From Azolla caroliniana (lineage: Eukaryota; Plantae; Polypodiophyta): DNA of 64,000 nt. The number at the start of each line of letters is the position of its first letter. Positions within the stretch are counted from its first letter, which is position 1. Below are positions 36,101 through 47,375 of this stretch, one piece after another. Under the pieces are notes generated by a model. That model was not told the DNA's origin and did not search any database. It was given only the letters and a program-made list of their open reading frames with translations. Location of the stretch: NCBI GenBank assembly GCA_043228905.1, contig JBHGNT010000015.1, positions 16,988,001-17,052,000 on the forward strand, read 5' to 3'. Position numbers and translations under genes: made by a program.

Positions 36101-38280
36101 GACGATTTCGCCGTGTATGGCCATCGACGGGAACACATGACCCAATTACGACTCTGCCTGGACCGATGTCGCCAAGCTCGATTGAGTTTAAACCCGACGA
36201 AATGCGCGTTCTTAGTCACCAGCGGCAACCTTCTCAGCCACATTGTCAGTCAAGAAGGCATCGCTATGGACCCGGATAAAGTAAAGGAAATCATGAATGC
36301 CACCGCACCCTAGAACGCTAAGGCACTAAGCTATTTTTTGGGACAGATCCGGTGGCACAGCCGAATGATACGACACCTGGACGATTTCGCGACACCCTTA
36401 CACGCGGCAGTTCATCGCCTTCCTTTCCAATGGACGTCAATCGAGGACACGGCCTATTAGACCCTGAAACGAATGTTGTCACATGCCTCGGTGGTCCAGT
36501 CTCCGGTTTGGTCCGAACCGTTTCATGTCTTCGTAGATGCTTCGGACATTGCCATCGGAAGTGCCCTGATGCAATGCACACCCCCGAATTGGTATAGGCC
36601 CGTGTACTACGCCAGCCGACGGCTCTCAACCGCGGAAAAGAATTACTCCACCACCGAGCGGGAGGCCCTCGGTATGATTTATAGCATCAATAAATTTCGG
36701 CATTACCTCTTGGGCCGAAAATTTACCTTTCACGTGGATCACTCGGCCCTTCTTTATTTGGTCAATAATCAAGCCCTTACCGGACGGTTGGCTCGGTGGA
36801 TGCTCCTACTACAAGAGTTTGATTTCCAAATTCAACATCGACCCGGGGTACAACATGCCATCGCCGACTACTTGAGCCGTCTTGAGTCAGGAGAACCGGC
36901 GAAAACAACGTACGACGAGCTACCGAACGCCAGCCTATTTAACCTGACGACGATACCAGACTATAACGGAGATGAATGGATCACGGAGATGACCCATTTT
37001 CTCACTACCGGTGTACCTCCCGAGCACATGACTCTTGACACGAGAAAACGCCTAGCAGTGCGTAGCCGGAATTTTTGCCTCGTGTCGGACAGTCTCTACC
37101 ACAAAGGCTCGGACGGCATATGGCGCCGAGCGATTCGGCAATTCGAGAAGAACGTCGTTCTTCACGAAGCCCACCAGGGAGTAGCTGGGGGGCACTACGC
37201 CGGGGATTCCACGGCAAGGAAAGTTTGGCAAAGTGGATTGTGGTGGCCGACAACGAAGAAAGACGCTCACGAGTTTTGCCGGCAGTGCGATTTGTGCCAA
37301 TGGAACAGTCACGGATGCCACACCAGCCGATTCTTCCATTGGACCCATTTCAAAAATGGGGTTTGGATTTTGTAGGCCCTTTCAAACCACCCGCAACCCG
37401 AATAGGGAATAGCTATATTATCGTTGCCACGGATTACTGCACCAAATGGGTCGAGGCTAAGGCACTCCGAGATAACACGGCAGCATCCATGGCTAAATTC
37501 GTGTACGAGCACCTCTGGTGCCGTTACGGATGCCCAATCGAGCTCGTTAGTGACCAAGGTGGGCACTTCATCAATCATATAATACGTGAGCTTACACACC
37601 ACTACGCGGTGGTGCACAAGAAAAGCACACCATACTACCCGCAGGCGAACGGCTTGGCGGAATCGACCAATAAAATCCTCCAAACCATACTGAAGAAGAT
37701 CTTCAATGAAAACAGGACTGATTGGGATGACAAACTCCAGAGCGCGTTGTGGGTGTATCGTACGACTTTCAAAACAAGCATCCAATCAACCCCCTTTCGA
37801 ATGGCATTCGGGTTAGAAGCCGTAATGCCCGTCGAGTTCCAAGTCCCGAGCCTCCGAGTTCAAGTCAAACCACGGCTCCCCGAGGCCCAGTCCGAGCAAT
37901 CCCGGCTGGAACAACTCCTCGAACTCGGTGAAGATAGGATAGAGAGTATGGCCCAGCTCGAACAACGCCAACGCCAACGCAAGGCTTTCGTGGATCGACA
38001 TCGACACGGGCTAGAGAAGGCGCTCACCATCGGCAAACCAATTCTTCTTTTCCAAACACGACTCGGGTCAATGCCGAGAAAATTAAGATTTCGGTGGACC
38101 GGACCATTTTGGATTATCGACGAGTTCAACGAGACGTTCCATCTCGGCACACTCGCCGGCGACACTATCAAAAGCTGGGTCAATGGTTTCTGACTTTGAC
38201 CATATCGAGGGACTACACCACCCAACCCGTTTACCGAGCCACCACGGAGGACGCCACGTGTCCCCCTAAATAAGGACTCA
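33166..38280 (+). pseudogene. gag-pol: Gypsy gag-pol with stops, frameshifts and small deletions
   Basis: Three CCHC knuckles; CIIDGGSGVNVI protease; WLSPIVVVPKKNG..VYLDDF RT; VDASD..YSTTEREAL RNase H; WGLDFVGP..SDQG..QANGLAE..WTGPF integrase. Confidence 0.93.
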
Positions 38281-40909
38281 CCCACCTTCTTGAAATTAAT
38301 AAAAGTAGTAGTAGGTAGGATTAACCATAGTTTAGCCACTGATTAGCTACACCTACAGCACCCACCTAGGCACCCACAATTTTAGGAGCACCCCTCGCCA
38401 CCACTCAGTTAGTACCTATTTAAGCACATGCAAAGCACTAGAAGCACCCCACTCACCTTCAAGACACGTGGTGCTAGTCACTTATTATGGCACCCACGAC
38501 TCAGAATCTTCAGGATTCGCTTCAGGCACAAAACCCTAGGAGTAAGTTACTAAAACCGTTTCCAAAACGCAGCATAGACCATTATCGCTCCCCATCTCCA
38601 TCGCTCTCAAGCTCAGAAACCCCGTCTCGCCCTCATCACGCTAAACGCTCTTGCTCTCAAGCCCTCTTTCGCTCTCATAACCCCTCTGCTGGACTTCCCC
38701 TTCCTGTTGTTCCTCCTGTGTCTTGCCCTCGCCTCATCACTCTTCTTCACGCTTCCACACAGTCGAACCCCGTCTTACCACCATGCCTCTTACCGCCTCA
38801 ACAGAAACCCGCGCCTGGCTCCAGGAACGAGGAATGGGCAGTTACCTGAAGATCATCGATGCCCCCGCGCACCCAGATGACCAAACTGTGGTTAAACGTA
38901 TAAGTCCCGAAGCCATCACCAACAACGTGCTTCGGGCTGTTTTGGACCTACAACGGGGAGGGGACCATGAGGTTGACATACCCCCGGCATCAAAGATGAA
39001 AGCGTATTTCGGTGAGTACTCAGCCTCAGGGAAGGCATATTGCACGTATGGCGGTCCCAACAAAGCTTTCGGGGAGATTGCTCGTATATTAATGGAGTAT
39101 GCGTTCGTACATACGAACCCCACGAGCATGCTGCAGAACAAGGCAGCCATCATCATCAGCGCGTATGAAGGAAACAGAATCGATTGGGGAATCATCACAG
39201 GCGAGGAACTCCGCGCCGCCTTAGCTTCATTTCAGTCCGGTAAGAAAATGTTGTCTGTTCTTACCCACTTTTTGATGGTTCTATACCCACCCTCTTCTCT
39301 TCCTTCCCCTCGCACACTCACGTCCCCACCACCACCACGAAGGCAGAGAGAGAAATTCGTTGCCATCAGCCACGAAGCATGGGAGGAGCCCACATCGCCT
39401 TCACCTCCTGCCGCCGACCAAAAAACCGCATCTGCACCACCACCCGCCCAACCCCAACAAAAAAGGGTAGTTTCCGAGACCTGCCAAGAATGGGAGGAGG
39501 TAGCCGCGGAAGACAACACGGCCGATGACGTCACCATTCGACAGCCAACGTCGCGCCCCTCGGTAACATCCCCAGGACCTAGCCCACGCCCCAACACACA
39601 GCAGGTTGCACCACCACGACCCTAGAAAAGGAAGCAGGCGGAGGAAACGACACTACCAAACACAGCCAAGCAAGAGAAGACGACTCAACCGCGAGTCCTC
39701 GGAAGAACAGAAAGAGCCACAACAGGAGCAAGCCTTAGTGGTCAAACAGAGCAACCTGGCCATCACCCCTGAGGAGGCATCGCTGAACCAGGGAACGATC
39801 GAGCATGGGCAGACAACGCAGATCTCGGAGGATGAAGTCCTCGAGTATAAGAACCTCCCCGCAGAGGCTTACGAATTTAGTGCACTCCTACGCCTCGGTA
39901 CGTCATTTGAGCTGGTCGACTTCCTCGCCAGAGCCCAGGAGGACAGGGCTTTACAAAAAATCGGGAGGAAGAAGCAGGCAAAACAAGCCGCTCTCCTCAT
40001 GGAGGTCCCCGAGTTGAACACGGCCCTTATCGAGGCATATCGGGACCTGGATCGCACTACGCGAGCAGCCAAAGACATGGCCCGAAAGATAAAAATAGCC
40101 CAAAAATAGGCTAAGATGGCTACAGAACTATGGCACGCTGTGAACCAAAAGTTGGCAGCCTGGGAGCAAAACCGGCCGGAACAACAACTCTTGAGCCTTC
40201 CGGTAACGACCACCGAGGCCCTCCCAGCGCCTCCACGCATAACAATGATGGATGAAAGCACCATCACCGACTCAATCCTGAAGGTGCAGGCCAGTACACA
40301 AACGGACTCGTTACAAATGGTCGATTCCTGCACAACAACCGAGGCGCCCGCGCCCATGGAGAAGACCGATATATCACCACCTCGTGCACCCAAGGAGGTG
40401 GCAACCCAGACAGAACCCCCGCTCCGGGATTACCGTGCGGAGCTTAATGAAGAACAACGGTGTCGTGAAGATCCGTCACTACGCGCGGATCGTGAGGCGG
40501 AACCGCCGGGGTTCTGGACCGGAAGGATTCAAAGTCGGTACAAGCTTTGGCGAGAAAGTACTTAAGATAGATTGGGAATGAGAGAAGTTGAGATTAAACG
40601 ATTGAGAGAGATTGATTGAAGTTTTAACTTTAGATTTAAGAAACAAGTTACACGATCAATTTGATAACGAATTTCTTCCTCTTAATTTTCATAAAAAATA
40701 CCGTGTCTTTTCTCCTCCCCCTTCCCTCTTTTATAGATGCTCTCATGCATATGATGTATGTGAGGGTACAAGACATGCATAAATTGCATGTTTGCCATTT
40801 GGCGCTTATGTATTACATGTGGTGCATGATAACCATGTCACTCATTTTAGCTCTCATGTATGAGAATTTACATGTAAAAGTACAATGGTAGAAGTTTAAT
40901 TTCAACTAA

Positions 40910-40980
40910 ATAGCATGGCTTAATGGTAAGCCAATTGACTCCTAACTTGGAGGTGCAAGGTTTGAATCCTTACTTGCCCT
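40910..40980 (+). other. tRNA-like / Pol III A-box and B-box module inside the insertion
   Basis: TGGCTTAATGG (A box, 40916-40926), a CTCCTAA loop-like motif and GGTTTGAATCC (B box with one C>T, 40959-40969) at tRNA-like spacing. No clean acceptor stem. Confidence 0.55.
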
Positions 40981-41029
40981 CCTTGTATATGTAAATATGT
41001 ATATATATTTATATATTTATTTATCTAGT

Positions 41030-41216
41030 CGTCGGATGCCGTCGGTTACCGGTGCCGTCGCCGGATACCGGTGCTGCCGCCGGATGCCGTCGGTTACTGG
41101 TGCCTCGCCGGATGCCGTCGCCGGATACCAGTGCCGGATGCCGCCGGATTGTCGTCGGATCACCGTCGCCGGATTGCCATCGGATGCCGCCGGATCACCG
41201 GCTCCATCGCCGGTCC
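41030..41216. repeat. GC-rich minisatellite (GCCGTCGCCGGAT-like units)
   Basis: Many degenerate copies of GCCG(T)CGCCGGAT / TACCGGT are visible directly. Confidence 0.85.
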
Positions 41217-43002
41217 GGTTTTGGTTGGCCAAAACCCTTTACGAGTAGCTAGCCCACCTCCACTCTTAGTTCAAGTTACCTTGAACTCTCTATGCTCCAC
41301 ACATAGACACAAGGATTATATCTTTTGCTCCACCTTATATATGATGAGAGCTGTATTTGTCGTGCCTATGTGGGATATCTCACAATTTTCTCTTTTCCTT
41401 TTACAAACTTGATACCCTCATATCTTGACATTTAGTTGTCCGTTTCTCGTGTAATAAAGTGCATTCGAAACCTCCATCATTTTATACTTAGATATTAAAT
41501 CTATTTAAAATGTTATCTTCACAATTATTGTACTATGTGATTCATACTCGATTTCATACGTTTTATGGGATTTTCACACTATTGCCGAAAATCTTCACGA
41601 CAACGGCGAACCGAGAGACACGAACAACGGCATCAAGAGGCGATGGCCCGCCTAAAAGAAGAAGCTTCCAAGCAGATGGCCGAGATGAGAGCCCAAGCCA
41701 ACCAAAGGATACACGAGCAGAACGAAGCACTGGGCCGGGTACAAGCGCAAGCCGCGGGCAAGGAAGCCGAACTCAAAAGCAAGCTGGAGGAATACGCAGC
41801 CACAGTGGTGAAGAAAGAGAAGGAGGTTCTAGACCTACAGGCCGCGCTCGACAATGCAAAAGACTGGAACCAGCGGTAGGAGGAAAGAAATCGCCAACGG
41901 GAGGAGAGGATGAACGCGGAGAATGTCGAGCTGTAGAGTCAGCGTAAGACCCTTAAAGAGATGGCTGACGAGTTTTTCATCAAATGCAAGCTACTTTCAG
42001 AGCAAAAAGACGCATTATCGGATTCCTACTTCGCACTACAAGAAGAGAGAATCGTCGAACGGGAACAAATCCGGGCCACGTGTCAAAAAGAACGGGAGCA
42101 GGCCACCAAAGAACTCACCAAGCGTTACGAGCAGGCTCTCCAGCTCGTAACCGCGGATGCAAAGAACACTCAAGCCATCTATGAGCTAAGAACACAGAAG
42201 ATTCAGGTCGAGGTCGACGGCTTAAAACGGGAATTAGCAGCCATCCGAGCACAGCCTGGTATGGATGAGACACGCATCAGAATACTGATCGAGAAACAGC
42301 GCCAACACCTTACCAAAAAGGTCGAGGAAACATTAAGTCGCGCAGGAGACGAATGGGCAGCCCAAGCTGCCGAATTGCATATTTTACGCGCCAACGCCGA
42401 GAACCGACGGAAGGAGGGTCGTGGCTTCTACAAAATGGACGAAGCCAGAATACAAATCCTGCGTGCAGATTTAACCAAGGATTACCAGTCCTTGGCAAAA
42501 TCTCACACCGTGGCAATCGAGCAAATAATGGAGGACTTCAATGACGGTCAGATGTTGTTTCGCCTGGAAGCAGAAGCCTTCGAACGAGAACGACTCGCAG
42601 CCATCCCCACCAGCCCTCCAACGGCCACAGAGCAGAAGGAAGAACCTTCCAGCAAGGAGATCACGGACACGGCACAGGAGGAACTTGCCCCGGCCAACAG
42701 ACATCCCATGGACGCCTACACGGTACCAGATCCTATCGAAGTAGAGTTCAGCGCCCACGAACCAACACCCCCACCAGAAGAATCGGTCGCACCCGAGGCG
42801 AACGCCCGAGAAGATATGCCACCCCCAGACCAAACTCAACCCCCCGCACCGACAGTCCAACCAGACCACCCTGCCACCACCCCGGACCCCAAAAGCATCC
42901 TCGACATCTTAAAAGAGGAATGAAACGAGGATCACGCCTAAAAGGAAATTTTGGTAATATTGTTAGTATTTTGTAAGTCGTGGGTCCGACGGACAAGGTC
43001 CT

Positions 43003-43021
43003 GTCCCACGAGCGTGCCAGG
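43003..43021 (+). promoter_or_regulatory. tRNA-3'-end-like sequence (inverted PBS) in the PPT position
   Basis: GTCCCACGAGCGTGCCA plus GG lies immediately before the 3' LTR; there is no purine tract there. Confidence 0.7.
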
Positions 43022-43479
43022 TGTTGTCCAAAGGACAGAAATGTAAAATTAGGAAATTAGCAAACACCGAGTCCGAGTATCACGGGCCACCGACGGCTCG
43101 GCTGTGTATTAGGGGAAAAGTTATTTAAACGAGGACCAGTACCTCAGAGTCGGGAGAGAAGAAAAATATAGCCGGAAGCACTAGCTTAGGCCATCGTAAC
43201 TAGATAAACTTGTAAGGTCACCGGCCATAGGCCGTGTTCTGTAACCTTTTTCTGTCATATTAATAGATCTTATTTGTGCCCATTTTGCTCCATGAGTCTG
43301 TGCTTTGATCCATACCTATGAGTGCAACACCGCCCACGTCTATCAAGACCTCGCTAGTGTTTTCTCTCTGAGCCCTGTATCTCTCTCAACGCCTCTGTTA
43401 CGAGCCTTCACGTACCACGCCCTTGAAGACCGATAGCCCCAGATCTATCGAAGGTGTTCACCCAAAGGAACGGGTAACA
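43022..43479 (+). repeat. 3' LTR (458 bp)
   Basis: TGTTGTCCAAAGG...GGGTAACA followed by TSD CTGAG. Confidence 0.95.
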
Positions 43480-43914
43480 CTGAGATTATTAACTAGTACA
43501 TTTCTTACATTTACATTGAGATCATCAAAATCAATTATATCTTTTATTAACGGATCACTTAATATTCCGTTAAGTATTACTTTTTTGTCTTCATAACTGA
43601 TGTGCTTGGCCAGACTATTGAAATACTCCACAATCTTTCTCTCTATAATTTTAGTTTCATTTCTTCCATTCTCAGTGATATTTAGATCTACGACACAACC
43701 AATACTATCCTGACCTTCAATTGAGGTGTCTAGCATACCCTTTAACATTTGTTGATGTTTCCTTTTGGTATCTACCCAATATTTTCTTATCGATTGTTGT
43801 GTAATAATAGTCTTATCCCTTTCTTTAGGATTCATGAGGGCTATTGATAAACACTTTGCTTTCCCTTCCATTGAAAAATCCAGATTAGCTAATTCAAAAG
43901 AAGAATGAGACGTA

Positions 43915-44072
43915 AATGGGGGAAAATAATGAAGTGAGGCAAGTAAGGAGTGATTTCAACGGTGGTAGTTTTAAAGGTGGTAAGTGAGTGATTAATGGGG
44001 GAAAATAATGAAGTGAGGCAGGTAAGGAGTGATTTCAACGGTGGTAGTTTTAAAGGTGGTAAGTGAGTGATT
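43915..44072. repeat. Tandem duplication, 2 x 79 bp, followed by degenerate CAATACTTATAGAGG-like repeats to ~44400
   Basis: AATGGGGGAAAATAATGAAGTGAGGCA...GTGAGTGATT occurs twice. Confidence 0.85.
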
Positions 44073-45368
44073 TAGTGGTGGTACTTATAGAGGTAGTAAG
44101 AAGCAATTGCAGTGGCAATACTTATAGAGGGGGATAAGGGCAACGATTACAACGACGATGCTTATAGAGGTGGTGATGAGTATAGGCAACAAAAATACTT
44201 GTCGAGTCAATAATGAGTTATTGCATCGACAATATAAACAGAGGTAGTAATGAGCAATTGCAGTGGTGGTACAAAGAGAGGAAGGTTGATTGCAATAGAA
44301 ATGCATGCATAGGCAGTAAGGAGCGATTATAGCAACAATACTTACAGAGGCGGATAGAAACATGTAAGAGGGACAAAAGATTGTAGAGGAATAATGAGTG
44401 AGGGGCAATACCAAACACGTTGCAAATGTGATTGAGCATGCATAATGGGGCATTGAATCTGTGACCTAGGAATTTGCTAAATAATGAAACCCTTAAAACA
44501 TTACCATTTATGGTACATATTTAATTTAAACTTTATTTGAAATCACACTTTTAATAATCCCAATAATTGCCAAACAACAAAATTGCATTCAACTTTTTGC
44601 ATAGCTAATTAATTATGTCAAAGACATAACTAATTGTTCCCATTCTCATGCTTTCACTCGGAGTGTGTTTACATCAAACCTTAATGAGGATAGGTTGATT
44701 ATGTTTAGCTCAATGACATGTATGCTAGACTTAGCCATGCTAAGGTGGATAAGTTGATTATGTTTATGCATAATGTTGGTGTTGCAAAGTTACACAAGTG
44801 TGTGTGAAAGTTGAGCGGGACCACTAGGGACTTAAACGAAAGAGCATGGGATTGGTATTTAAATAAAGTAAAGTAAAGTAAAATAAAATAATAATAGCAA
44901 CAACAACAATATTAAAAAAGATTTAAAATAATATTATTATCATTATTAAATATATCGTTGCCCATATCTATATATACAATTTCATGCTTATAATTGAGCT
45001 CGTCCACATATATGCACATTATAGTACAAGATTTCCCAAGTGTACACACTCAAGCCCGGGAGGACAAAACCCACTCACACGAGAATAATCGAGGGAGAGC
45101 TAGATTTTTTTCATCTCGAAACCCATGATTTTATTTTATTTTATCATTATTATTTTAATTATTATTATTAACCAAAGGCGAAGGCTCCCTCTTTTCCCCA
45201 AATTGTAAATATGGCCCATCGAGGGGGGATACTAAAATTTACGTTTTTGGCCCTTGTTCAAAAAGTTTCCGAGTAATTGTAACTTCTTGCTCAGAGGTCA
45301 AAAGCAAGATATGAAAAATCCATCGCGGCCCTCATGCATGAGGAGATTCATGGTGAGACCATTCGGAG

Positions 45369-47375
45369 ATGTTATGTACACATAACGTTGGTCATCCACG
45401 TAAGTCTGTCAAACCAATTTCATGGAATGAACAACTTGACAAATCATTTGAGACACTCAAGGAGCATGTGTGTCAGGCTCCCACTCTTCTATTACCAGAC
45501 CCTTCTAAGCCTTTCTCAATTGAAACCGATGCTAGTGATTATGCTATTGGTGCCGTTCTTTATCAAGGTGGTCACCCTATCGCTTTTGAAAGTAAGAAGC
45601 TTGATGCTGCTCAATCTCGGTATTCGGTTCAAGAGAAAGAGTTGTTTGCGGTGATACACGCACTTAAAACATGGAGGCACTATCTCTATGGAAATAAATT
45701 TGTGGTTACAACAGACCATCAATCATTAAAGTATTTTTGTGACCAGCCCGATCTTGTTGGTCGTAAAGGCCGTTGGGCTGACCTTATGCAAGATTTTGAT
45801 TTTTCCATACGATATCGCAAGGGTTCTATGAACACCGTTGCTGATGCTCTTAGTCGCATTAAAGAAGTTAACATGCTTAGCTTCACGGAAATAAAATCTG
45901 ATCTTTTAGATCACCTTCGAGGGAAATACCTTGATGACAGTTATTTCTCAAAATACTGGACGAAAGCCGAATCTGGTTTAGATGCCGATACTAGCACCCT
46001 ACCCTCGAAGGCGACCTTTCACATTACAAACGGTTTGCTCTACCGTAGTGGAAAGGTCTGTGTTCCAGATTTACCAAATGTTAAACAGAAAATTTTTCAT
46101 GAATGTCATGATGCACCATCTGCTGGTCATCCTGGAATACAACGCACACTCGTTCTCATCTCGTGTACTTTTTTCTGGCCTAAGATGCGCTCTGACATGC
46201 ATAAATACGTAACTCAATGCTTACAATGTCAGATTAATAAGTCGGAACGACTTAAAGCTGCTGGTCTTTTACATCCCTTAGATATTCCCAACAATAAATG
46301 GGAAAGTATCTCGATGGATTTTATTGTTAGTTTACCTCGTACACAGAGGGGTCATGATGCCATATGGGTTGTCGTTGACAGGCTAACAAAATTAGCTAGA
46401 TTTATTCCTACAAAAACCACGGTAACCGCTCAACAGTTGGCTTATCAATTTGTTGATGAGTTATTTCGTTTTTATGGATTACCGATGGATATTGTTAGTG
46501 ATCGAGATTCCAAGTTTACTAGTGACTTTTGGACTCAGGTCTTTAAGAAACTAGAAACTACGTTGAGCATGAGTTCCGCAGATCATCCTCACTCTGATGG
46601 ACAAACTGAACGAGTTAATCAAATTATTGAGGACATGCTTCGAGCTTATGTAGCAAAAACCCCTTCTAAGTGGGAGCAATACCTTCCTATCTTAGAATTT
46701 GCCTATAATAGCTCTAAACATACATCCACTGGATATAGTCCTTTTATGTTGATGTATGGTTTTCAGCCACGTGCCCCAGTTGATGTCACGATTCATCGTG
46801 ATACATTAGACAGTACACGCAATTTTTTGCAAGACATGAACCAAATGTTGCATATTGCCAAAGAAAATGTCAAGACAGCTCAAGATCGTGCTCGATTTTA
46901 TGCTGATCAGGATAGACGTCCTCGTGCATTTACTATTGGTCAAAAAGTTTTTTTGCGTGTCCCGACTGATTCTACGTCATTATCTATGGGCAAGTGCGCT
47001 AAGTTAGCCCCACGATATTGTGGCCCATTTGAAATCCTTAAGCGAGTTGGGTCATCTGCTTATCACCTTGCCTTACCTCGTAACGTTGGTATTCATCCTG
47101 TTTTTCACGTCAGTCGTCTAAAACCATTTTTAGGCTCTGGTGATAACACCATCACAATCCAAGATCTTGTAACATTAGAGGATTTTTCTTACAAACCTCA
47201 TGTTCCTGAACGAATTCTTGATTCTCGTACTAAACGTTTACGTTCTAAAGAGATTCGGCTATTCAAGATCAAATGGATGGATAAACCTATTGATGATGCC
47301 ACATGGGAACGCGAGCATTCGCTTAAGGCACAATTTCCTCACTTTATATTGCAAGAGTGCAATCTTTTGAAGTAG
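45369..47375 (+). CDS. pol: Truncated Pol: RNase H-integrase-chromodomain (668-aa open frame)
   Basis: Nearly identical to the C-terminal part of the 1467-aa ORF. The ATG is formed by the flank A plus the LTR TG. Expression unknown. Confidence 0.7.
   Translation: MLCTHNVGHPRKSVKPISWNEQLDKSFETLKEHVCQAPTLLLPDPSKPFSIETDASDYAIGAVLYQGGHPIAFESKKLDAAQSRYSVQEKELFAVIHALKTWRHYLYGNKFVVTTDHQSLKYFCDQPDLVGRKGRWADLMQDFDFSIRYRKGSMNTVADALSRIKEVNMLSFTEIKSDLLDHLRGKYLDDSYFSKYWTKAESGLDADTSTLPSKATFHITNGLLYRSGKVCVPDLPNVKQKIFHECHDAPSAGHPGIQRTLVLISCTFFWPKMRSDMHKYVTQCLQCQINKSERLKAAGLLHPLDIPNNKWESISMDFIVSLPRTQRGHDAIWVVVDRLTKLARFIPTKTTVTAQQLAYQFVDELFRFYGLPMDIVSDRDSKFTSDFWTQVFKKLETTLSMSSADHPHSDGQTERVNQIIEDMLRAYVAKTPSKWEQYLPILEFAYNSSKHTSTGYSPFMLMYGFQPRAPVDVTIHRDTLDSTRNFLQDMNQMLHIAKENVKTAQDRARFYADQDRRPRAFTIGQKVFLRVPTDSTSLSMGKCAKLAPRYCGPFEILKRVGSSAYHLALPRNVGIHPVFHVSRLKPFLGSGDNTITIQDLVTLEDFSYKPHVPERILDSRTKRLRSKEIRLFKIKWMDKPIDDATWEREHSLKAQFPHFILQECNLLK

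Larger units (their letters stand above)
40461..41602 (-). mobile_element. 1142-bp solo-LTR-like insertion
   Basis: Perfect 12-bp inverted ends TGTCGTGAAGAT/ATCTTCACGACA, 4-bp TSD ACGG, and TATAAAAG on the minus strand near 40730. Confidence 0.82.
38783..42923 (+). pseudogene. Extra 3' ORF of the gypsy element (~1000 aa reconstructed; globular N-terminus, Pro-rich linker, long coiled coil)
   Basis: ORFs 39606-40109, 40116-40460, 41607-41879 and 41961-42923 share one frame. One frameshift links them to 38783-39625. Removing the 1146-nt insertion plus TSD gives ..ELNEEQR/RTERHEQRHQ.. Confidence 0.8.
32415..43479 (+). mobile_element. Full-length Ty3/gypsy non-chromovirus (Athila/Phygy/Selgy-like) with an extra 3' ORF
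   Basis: 458-bp TG..CA LTRs (about 9 differences), exact TSD CTGAG, PBS and gag-PR-RT-RH-INT order. No chromodomain or extra RNase H is visible. Confidence 0.95.
32078..43871 (-). pseudogene. Degenerate ORF split by the 32415-43479 insertion (pieces 43480-43871 and 32078-32414); possibly a DNA-transposase N-terminal remnant
   Basis: Removing the element and one CTGAG copy joins ..VLVNNL to RKTLLGISKSEDDIVLKRS.. in frame. The downstream piece ends IITIFWTNESRVSPNKKDLC. Confidence 0.55.

Noticed and set aside
40910-40980. Functional tRNA-Arg gene
   Set aside because: The acceptor and anticodon stems do not pair and the B box is mutated; reported only as tRNA-like.
41030-41216. Short repeated units that might suggest a CRISPR-like array
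   Set aside because: Contiguous degenerate minisatellite with no unique spacers and no cas genes, in a eukaryotic context.
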